A model generated the notes under the pieces. The model was not told the DNA's origin and did not search any database. It worked only from the letters and a program-made list of their open reading frames with translations. A program made the position numbers and the translations under genes. This document shows, in pieces, positions 1-10,300 of a DNA stretch of 64,000 nucleotides (position 1 is the first letter of the stretch; every line of letters begins with the position of its first letter). The DNA is from a virus: positions 41,083-105,082 of IMG/VR virus record IMGVR_UViG_3300022903_000002; one strand, written 5' to 3'.

Positions 1-1
1 A

Positions 2-346
2 CACGGCACTGGATACGGGCACAAGGACGGCGATCCGCGTGTGAAGCGTCTCCAGGAGGCGTTGAACAGGCTCGGGTTCACGGACTCCAAGAGCCGCCAC
101 CTCGAGGTGGATGGGCAGCTGGGGCCGTTGACGACGCAGGCTGTTAAGGCCGCGCAGAAGAAGCTCGGGGTGAAGGAAGACGGGCGTGTCGATGCGGCGC
201 TGCTGAAGCGGCTGGCGAGCCTGTCGAAACACAACGTCGCGAGTATCGGCATGGACTCGCTGCTTCGTAGCGCGGCGAAGAAGACCGCTGCGAAGCGCGT
301 CAAGAAGGCTACGACGGTCGCTACTGTCCGCAAGCCCGCGAAGTGA
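2..346 (+). CDS. Peptidoglycan-binding (PG_binding_1-like) domain protein with basic tail, 5' partial
   Basis: Frame open from nt 2; VKRLQEALNRLGF..VDGQLGPLTTQAVKAAQKKLG..DG motif. Confidence 0.75.
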   Translation, partial: HGTGYGHKDGDPRVKRLQEALNRLGFTDSKSRHLEVDGQLGPLTTQAVKAAQKKLGVKEDGRVDAALLKRLASLSKHNVASIGMDSLLRSAAKKTAAKRVKKATTVATVRKPAK

Positions 347-1119
347 CAAGTCGGCATGCCGCTGACCAGTATCGCCGACAGCAGGTGTTGATCTCAGCGA
401 CTCTGAGCCGCGACGTCGTCCGCCTGTTGAAGAACCTGTTCAACCCTGCGAACCCTGGCCCGTCTTGGGCTGCAGCACGTTCGGTTGTCGCGGCGCTGGT
501 TCGCGATCAGCGGCGCAGGTCAGCGGATCTCGCGGCACGGTTCTATCGAGATGCTCGGCTCTCAGCGGGTGTATCCGGCGGGTTCACACCGGCGGCACCG
601 CTTGAGCTTGACGAGGAGCGGCTGGTCAAGTCGCTCGACGCGACCGGGATCGGGGCGTTCCAGAAGTCGCTGCGGGCTGGTGCCTCGCCGGATCGGGCGG
701 TGGACAGATCCGCGGTGACGTTGTCCGGTAGCGCGTCGAATCTCGCTCTCGAGGGGGGCCGGTCGGTTGTCGACCTGAGTGTCCAGGCTGACGACGAGGC
801 GATCGGGTGGGCGCGCGTCACGGACGCTGATCCGTGCCCGTGGTGCCTGATGATGGCTTCCCGCGGCGCCATCTACCGTTCGGCGGGATCCGCTGGCGGG
901 GCGAAGAGCTCCCGCTTCATCGGCGATGGTGACTTCAAGTGGCACAACCATTGCGGGTGCGTCGCTGTCGCCGTGTGGCACGACGATGATCCGGTGTTGA
1001 AGACCGCCGACGACCTGTACGACCAGTGGCTGCAGGTCACTGCCGGGCATTCCGGGCGGGACGCGGTCAACATCTGGCGTCGCTACTGGGAGAACCGCGA
1101 CGACCAGCCGGCCCCATAG
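343..1119 (+). CDS. MuF-like minor capsid / head maturation protein
   Basis: WARV..DPCPWC..ASRG..Y and HNHCGC motifs; position before the scaffold gene. Confidence 0.8.
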   Translation: MTSRHAADQYRRQQVLISATLSRDVVRLLKNLFNPANPGPSWAAARSVVAALVRDQRRRSADLAARFYRDARLSAGVSGGFTPAAPLELDEERLVKSLDATGIGAFQKSLRAGASPDRAVDRSAVTLSGSASNLALEGGRSVVDLSVQADDEAIGWARVTDADPCPWCLMMASRGAIYRSAGSAGGAKSSRFIGDGDFKWHNHCGCVAVAVWHDDDPVLKTADDLYDQWLQVTAGHSGRDAVNIWRRYWENRDDQPAP

Positions 1120-1136
1120 CCGTCGCTCCTTAGACC

Positions 1137-1160
1137 AGGCGCCTTCACGGGCGCCTTTTT
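1137..1160 (+). terminator. Intrinsic terminator-like hairpin
   Basis: AGGCGCC-ttcacg-GGCGCCT followed by TTTT. Confidence 0.6.
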
Positions 1161-1240
1161 CATGCCCGCAGCCAATGAGGTGACGGGCTGACCTGCCACG
1201 CCTACGCGATGTGGGTGTGGCTGACCGGAAGAAGAAAACG

Positions 1241-1873
1241 ATGAGCCAGGACGCGACGTCCGACGCATCTGAAAACACCACCACTGCCTCGGCGACCGAG
1301 GCCGATGACACCACCCAGACCGAGCAGGTAGCCGGAAGCGCCGTCCAGAACGATCAGCAGAGCGATGGCAAGGGCGAGCAGCCCGCCAAGAGCAAGTCCG
1401 GCACGGATGAGGACAAGCTCGGCGATGGCGGGAAGCGGGCTCTACAGGAAGAGCGGAAGGCTCGGCGCGACGCCGAGAAGAACCTCACCGCACTTCAGGC
1501 ACGTCTGCAGGAGTTCGAGGACCGCGACAAGACCGAACTGCAGAAGGCCATCGAACGTGCTGAGGCGGCCGAGAAGGGCGCTTCGAGCATGCGGGTGACG
1601 AACACCCGCCTGATGGCCGCAGCTACGCACAACATCCCGGCGAACCTGATCGAGTTGCTTGGCGACGGCACCGACGAGGAGATCGACGCGAAGGCGGCGT
1701 CCCTTGCTGCGGCTCTCGCGTCTGCCGCACCGCCTCCCACTCCGGCCGAGCCGGAGAAGAAGGCACCCGCACAGACGCGCCCTGTCGAGTCCCTCACTGC
1801 CGGTGCACAGCCCGCGGGCGAGACGCCCACTGACATGAACACGATTCTGCGGCAGATGGCTGGCCGCGGCTAA
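1241..1873 (+). CDS. Capsid scaffolding protein
   Basis: Acidic N-terminus, coiled coil LGDGGKRALQEER..EFEDRDKTELQKA; precedes the capsid gene. Confidence 0.85.
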   Translation: MSQDATSDASENTTTASATEADDTTQTEQVAGSAVQNDQQSDGKGEQPAKSKSGTDEDKLGDGGKRALQEERKARRDAEKNLTALQARLQEFEDRDKTELQKAIERAEAAEKGASSMRVTNTRLMAAATHNIPANLIELLGDGTDEEIDAKAASLAAALASAAPPPTPAEPEKKAPAQTRPVESLTAGAQPAGETPTDMNTILRQMAGRG

Positions 1874-1947
1874 CCCCCTGATTGATCGCAGCAACCGGAC
1901 CGTTGGCACGGGCCGGGGCCGCTGCATGCCTGAAAGGAAGTCCCCCC

Positions 1948-2916
1948 GTGCCGACCTACAACTCTGGTATCACTCGGGATGGCAGCGACGACCCGCTGAT
2001 CCCCGTCCCGGTCTCCAACCAGATCATCCAGGAGATGCCGACGAGCAGCTTCATGCTGCAGCGCGCCGGCCGCGTCCAGATGTCCACGAAGTCCCAGCGT
2101 CAGCCGGTCCTGGACGTTCTGCCGATGGCCTACTGGGTCTCCGGTGACACCGGGATGAAGCAGACCTCGGCCGTGGACTGGAAAAACGTGTCGCTGGTCG
2201 CTGAGGAGCTCGCGGTCATCGTCCCGATCCCCGAGTCGTACCTCGACGACGCGCAGGTCCCCCTGTGGGACGAGGTCCGGCCGCGGATCGTAGAGGCGTT
2301 CGGCGCGAAGATCGACGGAGCCGCGATGTTCGGTCTCGATAAGCCGTCCTCGTGGCCCGCCGCGATCTACCAGTCGGCGGTCGCCGCCGGCAACACCGTC
2401 CGGACCGGAGCGGCAGCGGACTTCGGCGTGGACGTCGCCGCGATCGGTGAGGTCGTCGCCCGCGACGGTTTCGCTGTCAACGGCTTCGCGGCCCGCCCGG
2501 GTCTGACGTGGAAGCTCGTGGCGATGCGGTCGTCGCAGGGCGTGCCGCTGTACCAGCCGAACCTGCAGGACGGCACCGGCCCCGGCCAGCTGTACGGCTA
2601 CCCGGTCAGCGAGGTCAACAACGGGTCCTGGGACTCCGACGAAGCCGAACTCATCGCCGGTGACTGGACGAAGGCGATCATCGGGATGCGGCAGGACATC
2701 ACCTGGAAGATGTTCGACCAGGGTGTCATCTCCGACGGTTCCGGTGCTGTGGTCCTGAACCTCATGCAGCAGGACTCGGTGGCGCTGCGCGTCACGATGC
2801 GCGTCGCCTACGCCACGTCGAACCCGGTCACCACCCTCAACACCACCGAGAACACCAGATTTCCCTTTGGGGTCGTACAGGCCTCGACGGCGGACAGTGT
2901 CGCGGGTTCTGCCTGA
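1948..2916 (+). CDS. Major capsid protein (HK97 fold)
   Basis: AYWV..E(E)LAVIVPI, GDW..G.RQDIT, NLMQQD.VALR motifs; GTG start after AAGGA RBS. Confidence 0.93.
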   Translation: MPTYNSGITRDGSDDPLIPVPVSNQIIQEMPTSSFMLQRAGRVQMSTKSQRQPVLDVLPMAYWVSGDTGMKQTSAVDWKNVSLVAEELAVIVPIPESYLDDAQVPLWDEVRPRIVEAFGAKIDGAAMFGLDKPSSWPAAIYQSAVAAGNTVRTGAAADFGVDVAAIGEVVARDGFAVNGFAARPGLTWKLVAMRSSQGVPLYQPNLQDGTGPGQLYGYPVSEVNNGSWDSDEAELIAGDWTKAIIGMRQDITWKMFDQGVISDGSGAVVLNLMQQDSVALRVTMRVAYATSNPVTTLNTTENTRFPFGVVQASTADSVAGSA

Positions 2917-2983
2917 TCCGTGTTGGTCGGGCGTCGTGGCTGCTGCGCGCTGGCTGCGGCGCCTGACCTTTCGGAGGTGACTG

Positions 2984-3970
2984 ATGCGGATCCTGGCGAT
3001 GGTCGCGGCGTATCCACCTGACCGCTGTGTGGGCTCGTGGATCATGACGCATGCGCTGCTGCGGGCACTCGTCGCCCGCGGCCATCAGGCGGATGTGGTG
3101 CTCACGGCGGCGTCAGGGGCTCCGTATGCCCTCGACGGTGTGAACGTGTGGCCGCACGTCGACAAGGGCGACCCGTTCCGGTTCATTCAGGACGCCGATG
3201 TGCTGGTCGCACATGCGGAGTCCGCAGGCCGGGCGGTGGCGCTGGGGGAGATGTGGGGTGTACCGGTCGTGAGGCTGGCACACAACACGAGCCCGACCAC
3301 GGAGTCGTCGATGCGTCGCCGTGCGGCGGCGCTGACGGTCTTCAACTCCCAGCACATGGCGGACCTGTTCGCCGCGGAGGCGGGACCGTCGATCGTTGTG
3401 CGTCCACCGGTCGACCCAGCGGAGTACGCGACGACACCGGGTGATCACGTCACACTCATCAACGTCACACACGACAAGGGCGCCGAGACGTTCTACTCGC
3501 TCGCCGAACGGTTCCCCGATGTGCCGTTCCTCGGTGTTGAGGGCGGCTACGGCGTACAGGTCACCGACGACCTGCCCAACGTCGAGATCGTCCCGCACAC
3601 GCCCGCGGATCGGATGCGGAACGTCGTGTATGCCCGCACCCGGGTCCTGTTGATGCCGTCCGCTTACGAGTCGTGGGGTCGTACCGGTGTTGAAGCGATG
3701 ACGAGCGGCATCCCGGTTCTCGCACATCCCGCGGCCGGCCTAAAAGAGTCACTCGGCGACGCGGGCGTGTTCGTGGACCGAGACGACATCAATGGGTGGG
3801 AGCGGGAGCTCCGGCGCCTGTTGGATGGCCGCCGGTGGCGTCATGCGTCGAAACGCGCGAAGGCGCGGGCTGTCGAGCTCGACCCGTCCCCTGACCTTGC
3901 TGTGTGGTGTGCGGAGCTCGAGACGCTGGGTGCGCAACGTGCCCGGTTCCGTCCTCTCACCCGTGCCTGA
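2984..3970 (+). CDS. Glycosyltransferase, GT-B (GT4-like)
   Basis: LMPSAYESWGRTGVEAMTSGIPVLA (EX7E) motif and KG motif; GGAGG RBS. Confidence 0.88.
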   Translation: MRILAMVAAYPPDRCVGSWIMTHALLRALVARGHQADVVLTAASGAPYALDGVNVWPHVDKGDPFRFIQDADVLVAHAESAGRAVALGEMWGVPVVRLAHNTSPTTESSMRRRAAALTVFNSQHMADLFAAEAGPSIVVRPPVDPAEYATTPGDHVTLINVTHDKGAETFYSLAERFPDVPFLGVEGGYGVQVTDDLPNVEIVPHTPADRMRNVVYARTRVLLMPSAYESWGRTGVEAMTSGIPVLAHPAAGLKESLGDAGVFVDRDDINGWERELRRLLDGRRWRHASKRAKARAVELDPSPDLAVWCAELETLGAQRARFRPLTRA

Positions 3971-3982
3971 GTGGAGGTGAGC

Positions 3983-4597
3983 GTGGACGCTCTCGCAACC
4001 GTCGAGGACCTCGAGGCGCGGCTCGGACGCGACCTCACCACCGAAGAAGCCGTGCGTGCCAGCGCGATGCTCGCGGACATGTCCGCGATGATCCGTTCGT
4101 ACACGGGCCAGGACTTCACGGTCACCGACGATGACCAGGTGACCTTGCGGGGGGTCGGCGGGGAGATTCGCCTGCCGCAGCGACCGGTAACAGAGGTGTC
4201 CACGGTCGTCGCGATTGGCGGCGACGGACTCCCCGATGTTCCACTGGTCGACTGGGTATGGGACGGCATCGACACCATCCGCGTCGGTGACGGCAGCTTC
4301 GTCATCAACCTGCCCGAAGTGTGGTGGGACGATGACGGATACCCGGGCACCTACCGGGTCACATACAGCCACGGATACGAGGAGACACCCGGGGACGTCC
4401 TCGCGGTCATCTGCGGGGCGATCCTGCGGGTCTTCATCAACCCGAACGGCTACCGCTCCGAGACTGTCGGGTCCTACTCGGTGACCTACGCGTCCCCTGG
4501 TGCGGGCGAAACCGTTGGTACATCCCTGACGCGGGCCGACCGGTTGGTTCTCGACCGCTACCGGCGTAAGGCCGGGACGATCAAGGTCAGGCGTTGA
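3983..4597 (+). CDS. Head-to-tail adaptor
   Basis: LATVEDLEARLGR, LPQRPV, VTYSHGY, NP.G..SETVGSYSVTY. Confidence 0.85.
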   Translation: MDALATVEDLEARLGRDLTTEEAVRASAMLADMSAMIRSYTGQDFTVTDDDQVTLRGVGGEIRLPQRPVTEVSTVVAIGGDGLPDVPLVDWVWDGIDTIRVGDGSFVINLPEVWWDDDGYPGTYRVTYSHGYEETPGDVLAVICGAILRVFINPNGYRSETVGSYSVTYASPGAGETVGTSLTRADRLVLDRYRRKAGTIKVRR

Positions 4598-4911
4598 TGC
4601 TCGGCCCACACACCGTCACCGTCATCCAGCCCGCGAGCCGGGACAACTGGGGTGACACCCAGACTGGCGACACCGAGACCAACGTGCCGGGGTGTTTCTG
4701 GCAGCCGCGCTCCACCTCGGAACGGACGACCGGCCAGGACACCGTGATGATCAACCCGTGGGTGTCGATGCCACCGTCAGCACCAATCGCAGCGACGAGC
4801 CGCGTCCGGTTCGACGGCGTCACCTACGAGGTCGTCGGCGAACCCGCCCTGCACCACACACCCAGAGGACCGCACCACTTCGAGGTGGAGCTGAACGAGG
4901 TCAAGGGGTGA
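4597..4911 (+). CDS. Head-to-tail stopper (head closure protein)
   Basis: Size, position, and D.WG / YEV.GEP motifs. Confidence 0.75.
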   Translation: MLGPHTVTVIQPASRDNWGDTQTGDTETNVPGCFWQPRSTSERTTGQDTVMINPWVSMPPSAPIAATSRVRFDGVTYEVVGEPALHHTPRGPHHFEVELNEVKG

Positions 4912-4914
4912 GCT

Positions 4915-5211
4915 ATGGCCCGGGAAATCTCCTACACGCCTGATTACAAGGGCACGGGCAAGCTGATGCGCGGTAAGGAGATGGAGGCCTTCATGCGCCT
5001 CAAAGCGCAGGAAGGCAAGCAGTACGCCGAGGTGATCGCACCGCGCGAAACAGGCGAGTACGCGTCGGCTTTCCGTGTCGCCTCGACCCGCTCCGGCGAC
5101 CGCGCTACCGCCTACCTGTACAACGACTCTGATCACGCGTACCTCGTCGAGTACGTCGATGACTACCGAACCCTCGGCGTCGTCGCGGACATCATCGAGA
5201 ACGGTCTGTGA
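4915..5211 (+). CDS. HK97 gp10-like neck protein
   Basis: AP.ETGEY and A..VEY motifs; synteny. Confidence 0.65.
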   Translation: MAREISYTPDYKGTGKLMRGKEMEAFMRLKAQEGKQYAEVIAPRETGEYASAFRVASTRSGDRATAYLYNDSDHAYLVEYVDDYRTLGVVADIIENGL

Positions 5212-5591
5212 TGACCGTCCTCGCACCGTTCCCGGACGTGGAACGCGCGGTTGGCGACCTCGTAACCGGCCTCGGAACGGCAGGGTCGGAAACGAACATC
5301 ACCCTGCAGTCCACGCTTCCGTACATCCGGATCCGCCGCCTTGGCGGTTCCGATGACCGCGTCACCGACGCCGCCCGCGTGGACGTGCACGTGTACGACA
5401 CGAATGCCACGTCGGCGAAAGAGATCTCCGAGCAGATCCGGCAGCGGCTGATCTCAGGGCCATCTATGACCGCCCATGGCGTCATCGACCGGGCCTGGAC
5501 CGAGATCGGCCCGCAGACGATCCCAGCCGATGACACCGCGGATATCCGTCAGGTCGTCGCCACTTACCGCATTTCGATGCGCCGCCGCTGA
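5208..5591 (+). CDS. Tail terminator protein
   Basis: FPDVE, LPYIRIRRLGG, VDVHVY; synteny. Confidence 0.8.
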   Translation: MMTVLAPFPDVERAVGDLVTGLGTAGSETNITLQSTLPYIRIRRLGGSDDRVTDAARVDVHVYDTNATSAKEISEQIRQRLISGPSMTAHGVIDRAWTEIGPQTIPADDTADIRQVVATYRISMRRR

Positions 5592-5670
5592 CCAGCGGCT
5601 CCTTTTTCAGGCCCGCCAGCCTGTCCCAGCCCCGCCCGCGGGGCCACCTATCCCGCAGAGGGGAACATCC

Positions 5671-6339
5671 ATGGCTGGCGTCAGCTATGACGATCTTCAA
5701 CAGCGCAATGCCGCGCTGATCTTCAAGGCCCTGCAGGGGTCCGTGTTCGTCGCCCCGTCGAGCGTCGCAGCGATCACCGCACTGACCGACACCGACAAGC
5801 TCCTCAAGGAACTCCCCGAAGGGTACGAGGACGTCGGCTGGATCAGCGACGACGGAGCCCAGTTCTCCCGCGACACCGACACTAGCGACATCACCGGCTG
5901 GGGAAGTGTGGAGCCGCTCCGCTCGGACGTCACACAGGACACCACCACGCTGCAGATGGAAGCCCTGGAGACCAAGAAGTCGACGATCGGTCTCTACACA
6001 GGCGCCGACATGGACGCGGTGACCCCGGACCCGGTCTCCGGTGAGGTCAGCATCCAGAAGCCCGCCCGGCCCGGGTTCCGCTACTACCGGGTCCTCGCTG
6101 TTGCCGTGGACCTCACCGATGACGGCGAGTACTACGTCGCCCGGTTCCTGCCGCGGGCCCGCGTCACGGACTACGACGACCAGAACATGCAGTCCAGCGA
6201 CGACTCGCCGATCACCTGGCCTGTCACGATGACGGGCTACGAGGACCCCCTTCTCGGCTACTCGGAGAACTACCTGTTCGGAGGCCCCGGCTGGGCGACG
6301 AGGCTCGCCGCGATGGGCTTCGAGCCCATCGGCTCCTGA
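5671..6339 (+). CDS. Major tail (tube) protein
   Basis: LPEGYEDVGWISDDG, GWGS.EPLRSD motifs; synteny. Confidence 0.85.
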   Translation: MAGVSYDDLQQRNAALIFKALQGSVFVAPSSVAAITALTDTDKLLKELPEGYEDVGWISDDGAQFSRDTDTSDITGWGSVEPLRSDVTQDTTTLQMEALETKKSTIGLYTGADMDAVTPDPVSGEVSIQKPARPGFRYYRVLAVAVDLTDDGEYYVARFLPRARVTDYDDQNMQSSDDSPITWPVTMTGYEDPLLGYSENYLFGGPGWATRLAAMGFEPIGS

Positions 6340-6420
6340 TACGTCGCGGCGGCCGGTCTAGCTGGCGGGCCCCGGCCGCCGCGACTCCAAGGCCCGCCAG
6401 CACAAGAGAAGGGTCCGGCC

Positions 6421-6606
6421 GTGGCCGCAGCAAGCTCCCAATACCCCGTCTACGTGTCACCGGACGGCGAGAAGGAACAGTTCGCGACGTCGCCAGCCCG
6501 TGAGGTGCAACTCAGGCATGCGGGCTGGCGGCTCAAATCCGAACCTCGCAAGAAGAAGACGCCGAGCGGTGACCTGAGCCGCTGGCAGCAACCCACCACC
6601 AACTGA
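6421..6606 (+). CDS. Small hypothetical protein between major tail and chaperone genes
   Basis: 61-aa ORF with an AAGAGAAGGG purine tract upstream. Confidence 0.55.
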   Translation: MAAASSQYPVYVSPDGEKEQFATSPAREVQLRHAGWRLKSEPRKKKTPSGDLSRWQQPTTN

Positions 6607-6621
6607 CAGAGAGGCCCGCCA

Positions 6622-6903
6622 ATGGCCGCCAAGAAGAACCAGTTCCAGCTCGCCGTCTACCGGGCGGAGGCCGTCAAGGCGCCGTTCGAGCTGATCATCG
6701 ACGAGAAGACCAGCGTCATGATCCCGCCGCCGAGTACCGATGATGTTCTCGCCGTCGCCGAGGCGGCCACTCCGCGCGAGCAGTTGCGGCTCCTCGCCGG
6801 CGACCAGTTCGGGACACTGATGGAGCACATCAGTGATGAGCCCGGCGGGATCTTGAAGCCTCTGCTGAACGATATGACCAGTCACTTCAAGCTGGGGGAA
6901 TAG
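6622..6903 (+). CDS. Tail assembly chaperone (gpG-like)
   Basis: Synteny; ends in slippery GGGGGAA immediately before TAG. Confidence 0.85.
   Translation: MAAKKNQFQLAVYRAEAVKAPFELIIDEKTSVMIPPPSTDDVLAVAEAATPREQLRLLAGDQFGTLMEHISDEPGGILKPLLNDMTSHFKLGE
6894..6900 (+). other. Programmed -1 ribosomal frameshift site GGGGGAA
   Basis: The -1 frame is open from 6900 (IARAAGLIDRYGSAIRADLRRFYGVD..) to the stop at 7358. Confidence 0.88.
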
Positions 6904-7358
6904 CGCGCGCTGCTGGCCTGATCGACAGGTACGGCAGCGCGATCCGCGCTGACCTGCGCCGATTCTACGGCGTGGACATGCTTGATTTCTTCCGGGACAG
7001 ATTGTCGGCACAAGAGATCCTCGACTATCTCGAGCACATGCCGCGCACGTCCGCGTATCACACGGCCATTGCGGAGGACGAGGACCTTGCCGAGCAACTG
7101 GCGGGAATGCCAGATCAGAAGCCGGGACCGCCGCGGCTAGCGGAGTTTTCACCAGAGGTGCAGGTCCTTGCTGAGGTGCGGGATCTGGTGGCGACGCTCA
7201 TCAACGTGCAGATCGCCCGGGCCGGCAAGAAACCATCGAAGGTGAAGCCTTACCCGCGGCCCGTATCGGCGGTTGAGCAGGTCCGCCGGCGGGAGCGGTA
7301 CCGGAAGCACACGTCGCTGGTCGCACAACTCATTCCCGGGTCGGATCGACAGCGGTAG
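6900..7358 (+). CDS. Tail assembly chaperone frameshift extension (gpGT-like)
   Basis: -1 frame relative to the 6622 ORF; AIRADLRRFYGVD motif. Confidence 0.85.
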   Translation: MARAAGLIDRYGSAIRADLRRFYGVDMLDFFRDRLSAQEILDYLEHMPRTSAYHTAIAEDEDLAEQLAGMPDQKPGPPRLAEFSPEVQVLAEVRDLVATLINVQIARAGKKPSKVKPYPRPVSAVEQVRRRERYRKHTSLVAQLIPGSDRQR

Positions 7359-7391
7359 CCCACGGCACGAGTCCCAGACGGGGGTGGTGTC

Positions 7392-10300
7392 GTGGCCGCT
7401 CAAGTCGGTGCTGCTTACATCAAGGTCGCTCCGAACCTCGCCGGTTTCCACCGCACGATCACCAAAGAGCTAAAAAGCCTCAGCCCGCAGGTCAAGAAGA
7501 TCGGGTTGGGGCTCGGCCGGAACCTTGGCGACGGCATCAAGGTCGGCCTCGGCGACCCGCTTTCCGGACCGCTGGATGAGTCCACCAAGAAGCAACGGCA
7601 GAAAGGCCCCAAGCAGGGCGAAGAGGTCGCTGGGGCGTTCGCGAAGGGTTTCGAGAAGCGCCTGAAGGCAGCGTTTCAGGCCCTGCCGAAAGCCGAAATC
7701 GACGCTGATTCCTCACCCGCCGACAAGAAGATCGCGGAGCTTCGGCGACAGCTTGAGGCACTCTCCGGCAAGACCGTCGGTGTCGACATTGACGCGGGTG
7801 CGGCTCTCTCAGAGGTCGCCGCGATCCGGTCCGAGTTGGAGGCACTGGACGGCCACGAGTCGATCCAGGTCGATGTCGACGCCGCTGCGGCCCTGGCGGA
7901 GCTCACCGCGGTACAGGTCGAGGTCGATCGGGTAGATGGGCGCACAGCCCGTGTGAACGTCAACGCGGACGTGTTGCCGGCGTTGGCTGGTATCGGGCTT
8001 GTCAGCACGGCGTTGCTTGGTCTGACGGCGATTCCGATTGCGGCGACGGTCGGTGTGGGGATCCTGTCGCTGGTCGGTCCGCTTGGTGCGGCGGGAGCTG
8101 GGTTCGCTGGTCTTGCTGCGGTCGCGACTCCGTCGATCAACCGTATCGGCGAGGCGCTGAAGGTCCAGAAGCAGGCGCAGGACGCGTCGACGGGTAGTGC
8201 CGCGCAGGCCGCGGCGGCGAACAAGAAGCTCGCCGCGACGATGGCGGCTCTGTCGCCTGCTGAGCGCGACGTGCTCAAGTCGTGGAACGGGCTGCGGACG
8301 GCGTTCACGGGCTGGGCGAAGGAACTGCAGCCTGCCGTGCTCCCGCTGTTCACGCGCGGCATCAACCTGGTGAAGCAGGCTCTGCCCGGGTTGACGCCGA
8401 TCGTGAAAGGCGCGGCCGGCGCGGTCAACGGTCTCCTCGGGGACGTTACCCGCGCGGCTCAGTCGCCGTTCTGGCGGCAACTACGGACGAATATCACAGG
8501 TCTGGTGCCGACGTCGATCACGGGTTTCGGGAAGATCGCCGGGAACATCGCGACGGGTCTGGCTGGGATCGTGTCCGCGTTCTTGCCGTATGCGCCCACG
8601 ATCTTGTCGTTCATCACCCGGATCACCGCGGGTTTCGCCCGTTGGGGCCAGGGGCTGGGGACCTCGAACGGCTTCGCGAAGTTTATGGCCTACGTCAAGC
8701 AGAACGCGCCGCTGATCCTCGAGACGGTCAAGCAGCTCGGCTTGTCGATCGCGCACATTGTGTCGTCGCTGGCACCACTCGGCCCGGCCGTCCTCGGCGG
8801 CTTCGGGCTGCTGCTGCGGTTTATCGGCATGCTGACGCCCGGCGAGATCCAGGCCATCGCGATCGCGTTCACGCTCCTGTCGGTGTCGATCTGGGCCGTG
8901 AATTTCGCGCTTGAAGCCAATCCGGTGGTGCTTGTCATAACGCTGATCGTCGCTCTTGTGGCGGCGGTCGTCTTGGCGTTCAACCACGTGACGTGGTTCC
9001 ACAATGCGGTGGTCGCGGCGTTCAACGGCATCAAGGCCGCGGTCCTGTTCGTCTGGAATTCGGTCTTGAAGCCGACGTTCTCGGCTCTCGTGGTCGCTTT
9101 CCAAGCGATCAGCACGGTCGTGATGTGGCTGTGGCGGAACGTGATCTCCCCGGCATTCAGCGCCATCTCGCTGGCCGCACGGATCCTGTTCGCGATCGTC
9201 GCCGTTGCCGTCCTGGCGCCGCTGGTCATCGCGTTCAACATCCTCAAGGCCGTGATTCTGGCTTGGTGGCACATCGTTGTGGTGCCAGCGTTCGCGGCGG
9301 TGCAGGCGGTCATCGCGGCAGCATGGGTGGTGATCCACCCGATCCTGGCCGCGCTCGGCGTCGCGGTCCGCGCTGTTGGCGCTGCGGCGATGTGGCTGTG
9401 GCACAACGCGATCGTGCCGGCCTGGAACGGCATCAGCCTTGCAATTGCCACCGTGTACAACACGGTGATTCACCCGATCTTGAACGCGCTGAACGCGGTG
9501 CTACGGAACGTGATCGCCCCGGTTTTCCGGTGGATCTACACATCGGTGATCAAGCCGATGTTCCAGGCGGCGGGCGCTGTGATCCGTAACGTCTGGAACA
9601 CCGCTATAAGTCCGGCGTTCAACGCTCTTAAGTCGGGTGTGAACGCGGTCAAGAACGCGTTCTCCACCGCTGTCTCGGCAATCGGGCGAATCTGGAAGGG
9701 CCTGGAGTCCGCCACCAAGAAACCCGTCCAATTTGTTGTCAACACGGTCTACAACAACGGCATCCGTTCCGTGTGGAACAAGGTCGCCGGCCTAGTTCAC
9801 CTGCCTCAGCTGCCTGCGGCGAAGTTCGCTCAGGGCGGTATCTTCCCGGGCTACACGCCCGGCAAGGACCCGTACTCCATGCCGATGGCCGCCTTCTCTG
9901 GCGGCGAGGCCGTCATGCGGCCCGAGTTCACCCGAGCGGTCGGCCCCGGGTTCGTGTACGCGGCGAACAAGGTAGCTCGCAAGCGTGGGCCTGGCGGTGT
10001 CCGGGATTTCCTCGCGAACGGTGAGATGAAGTTCGCGACGGGCGGGATCCTGCCCGGACGGCATGTGGCGGCATTCGCGAATGGCGGCATCATCGGAGGG
10101 ATCCTCGGGGCCGTCAAGCGTGCCAGCAGTCTCGTGGTTCGCGGCGCGTCATCGGTCCTCGGCGGGGGTGCGAGCGCGTTCGCGAAGACCGTCCTCAACC
10201 CGATCCTGTCTCGGATCCCGGGGGCGGATTCGCCGTGGGCGCAGGGCATCCTGTCCCTGCCGAAACGGATGATCGATGGGTTCATCTCCTGGCTGCACAC

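Noticed and set aside
1870-3045. Long antisense ORFs (also 8481-9473, 20978-22111, 36971-38263, 61566-62918 and others)
   Set aside because: Shadow frames of well-supported genes in high-GC DNA
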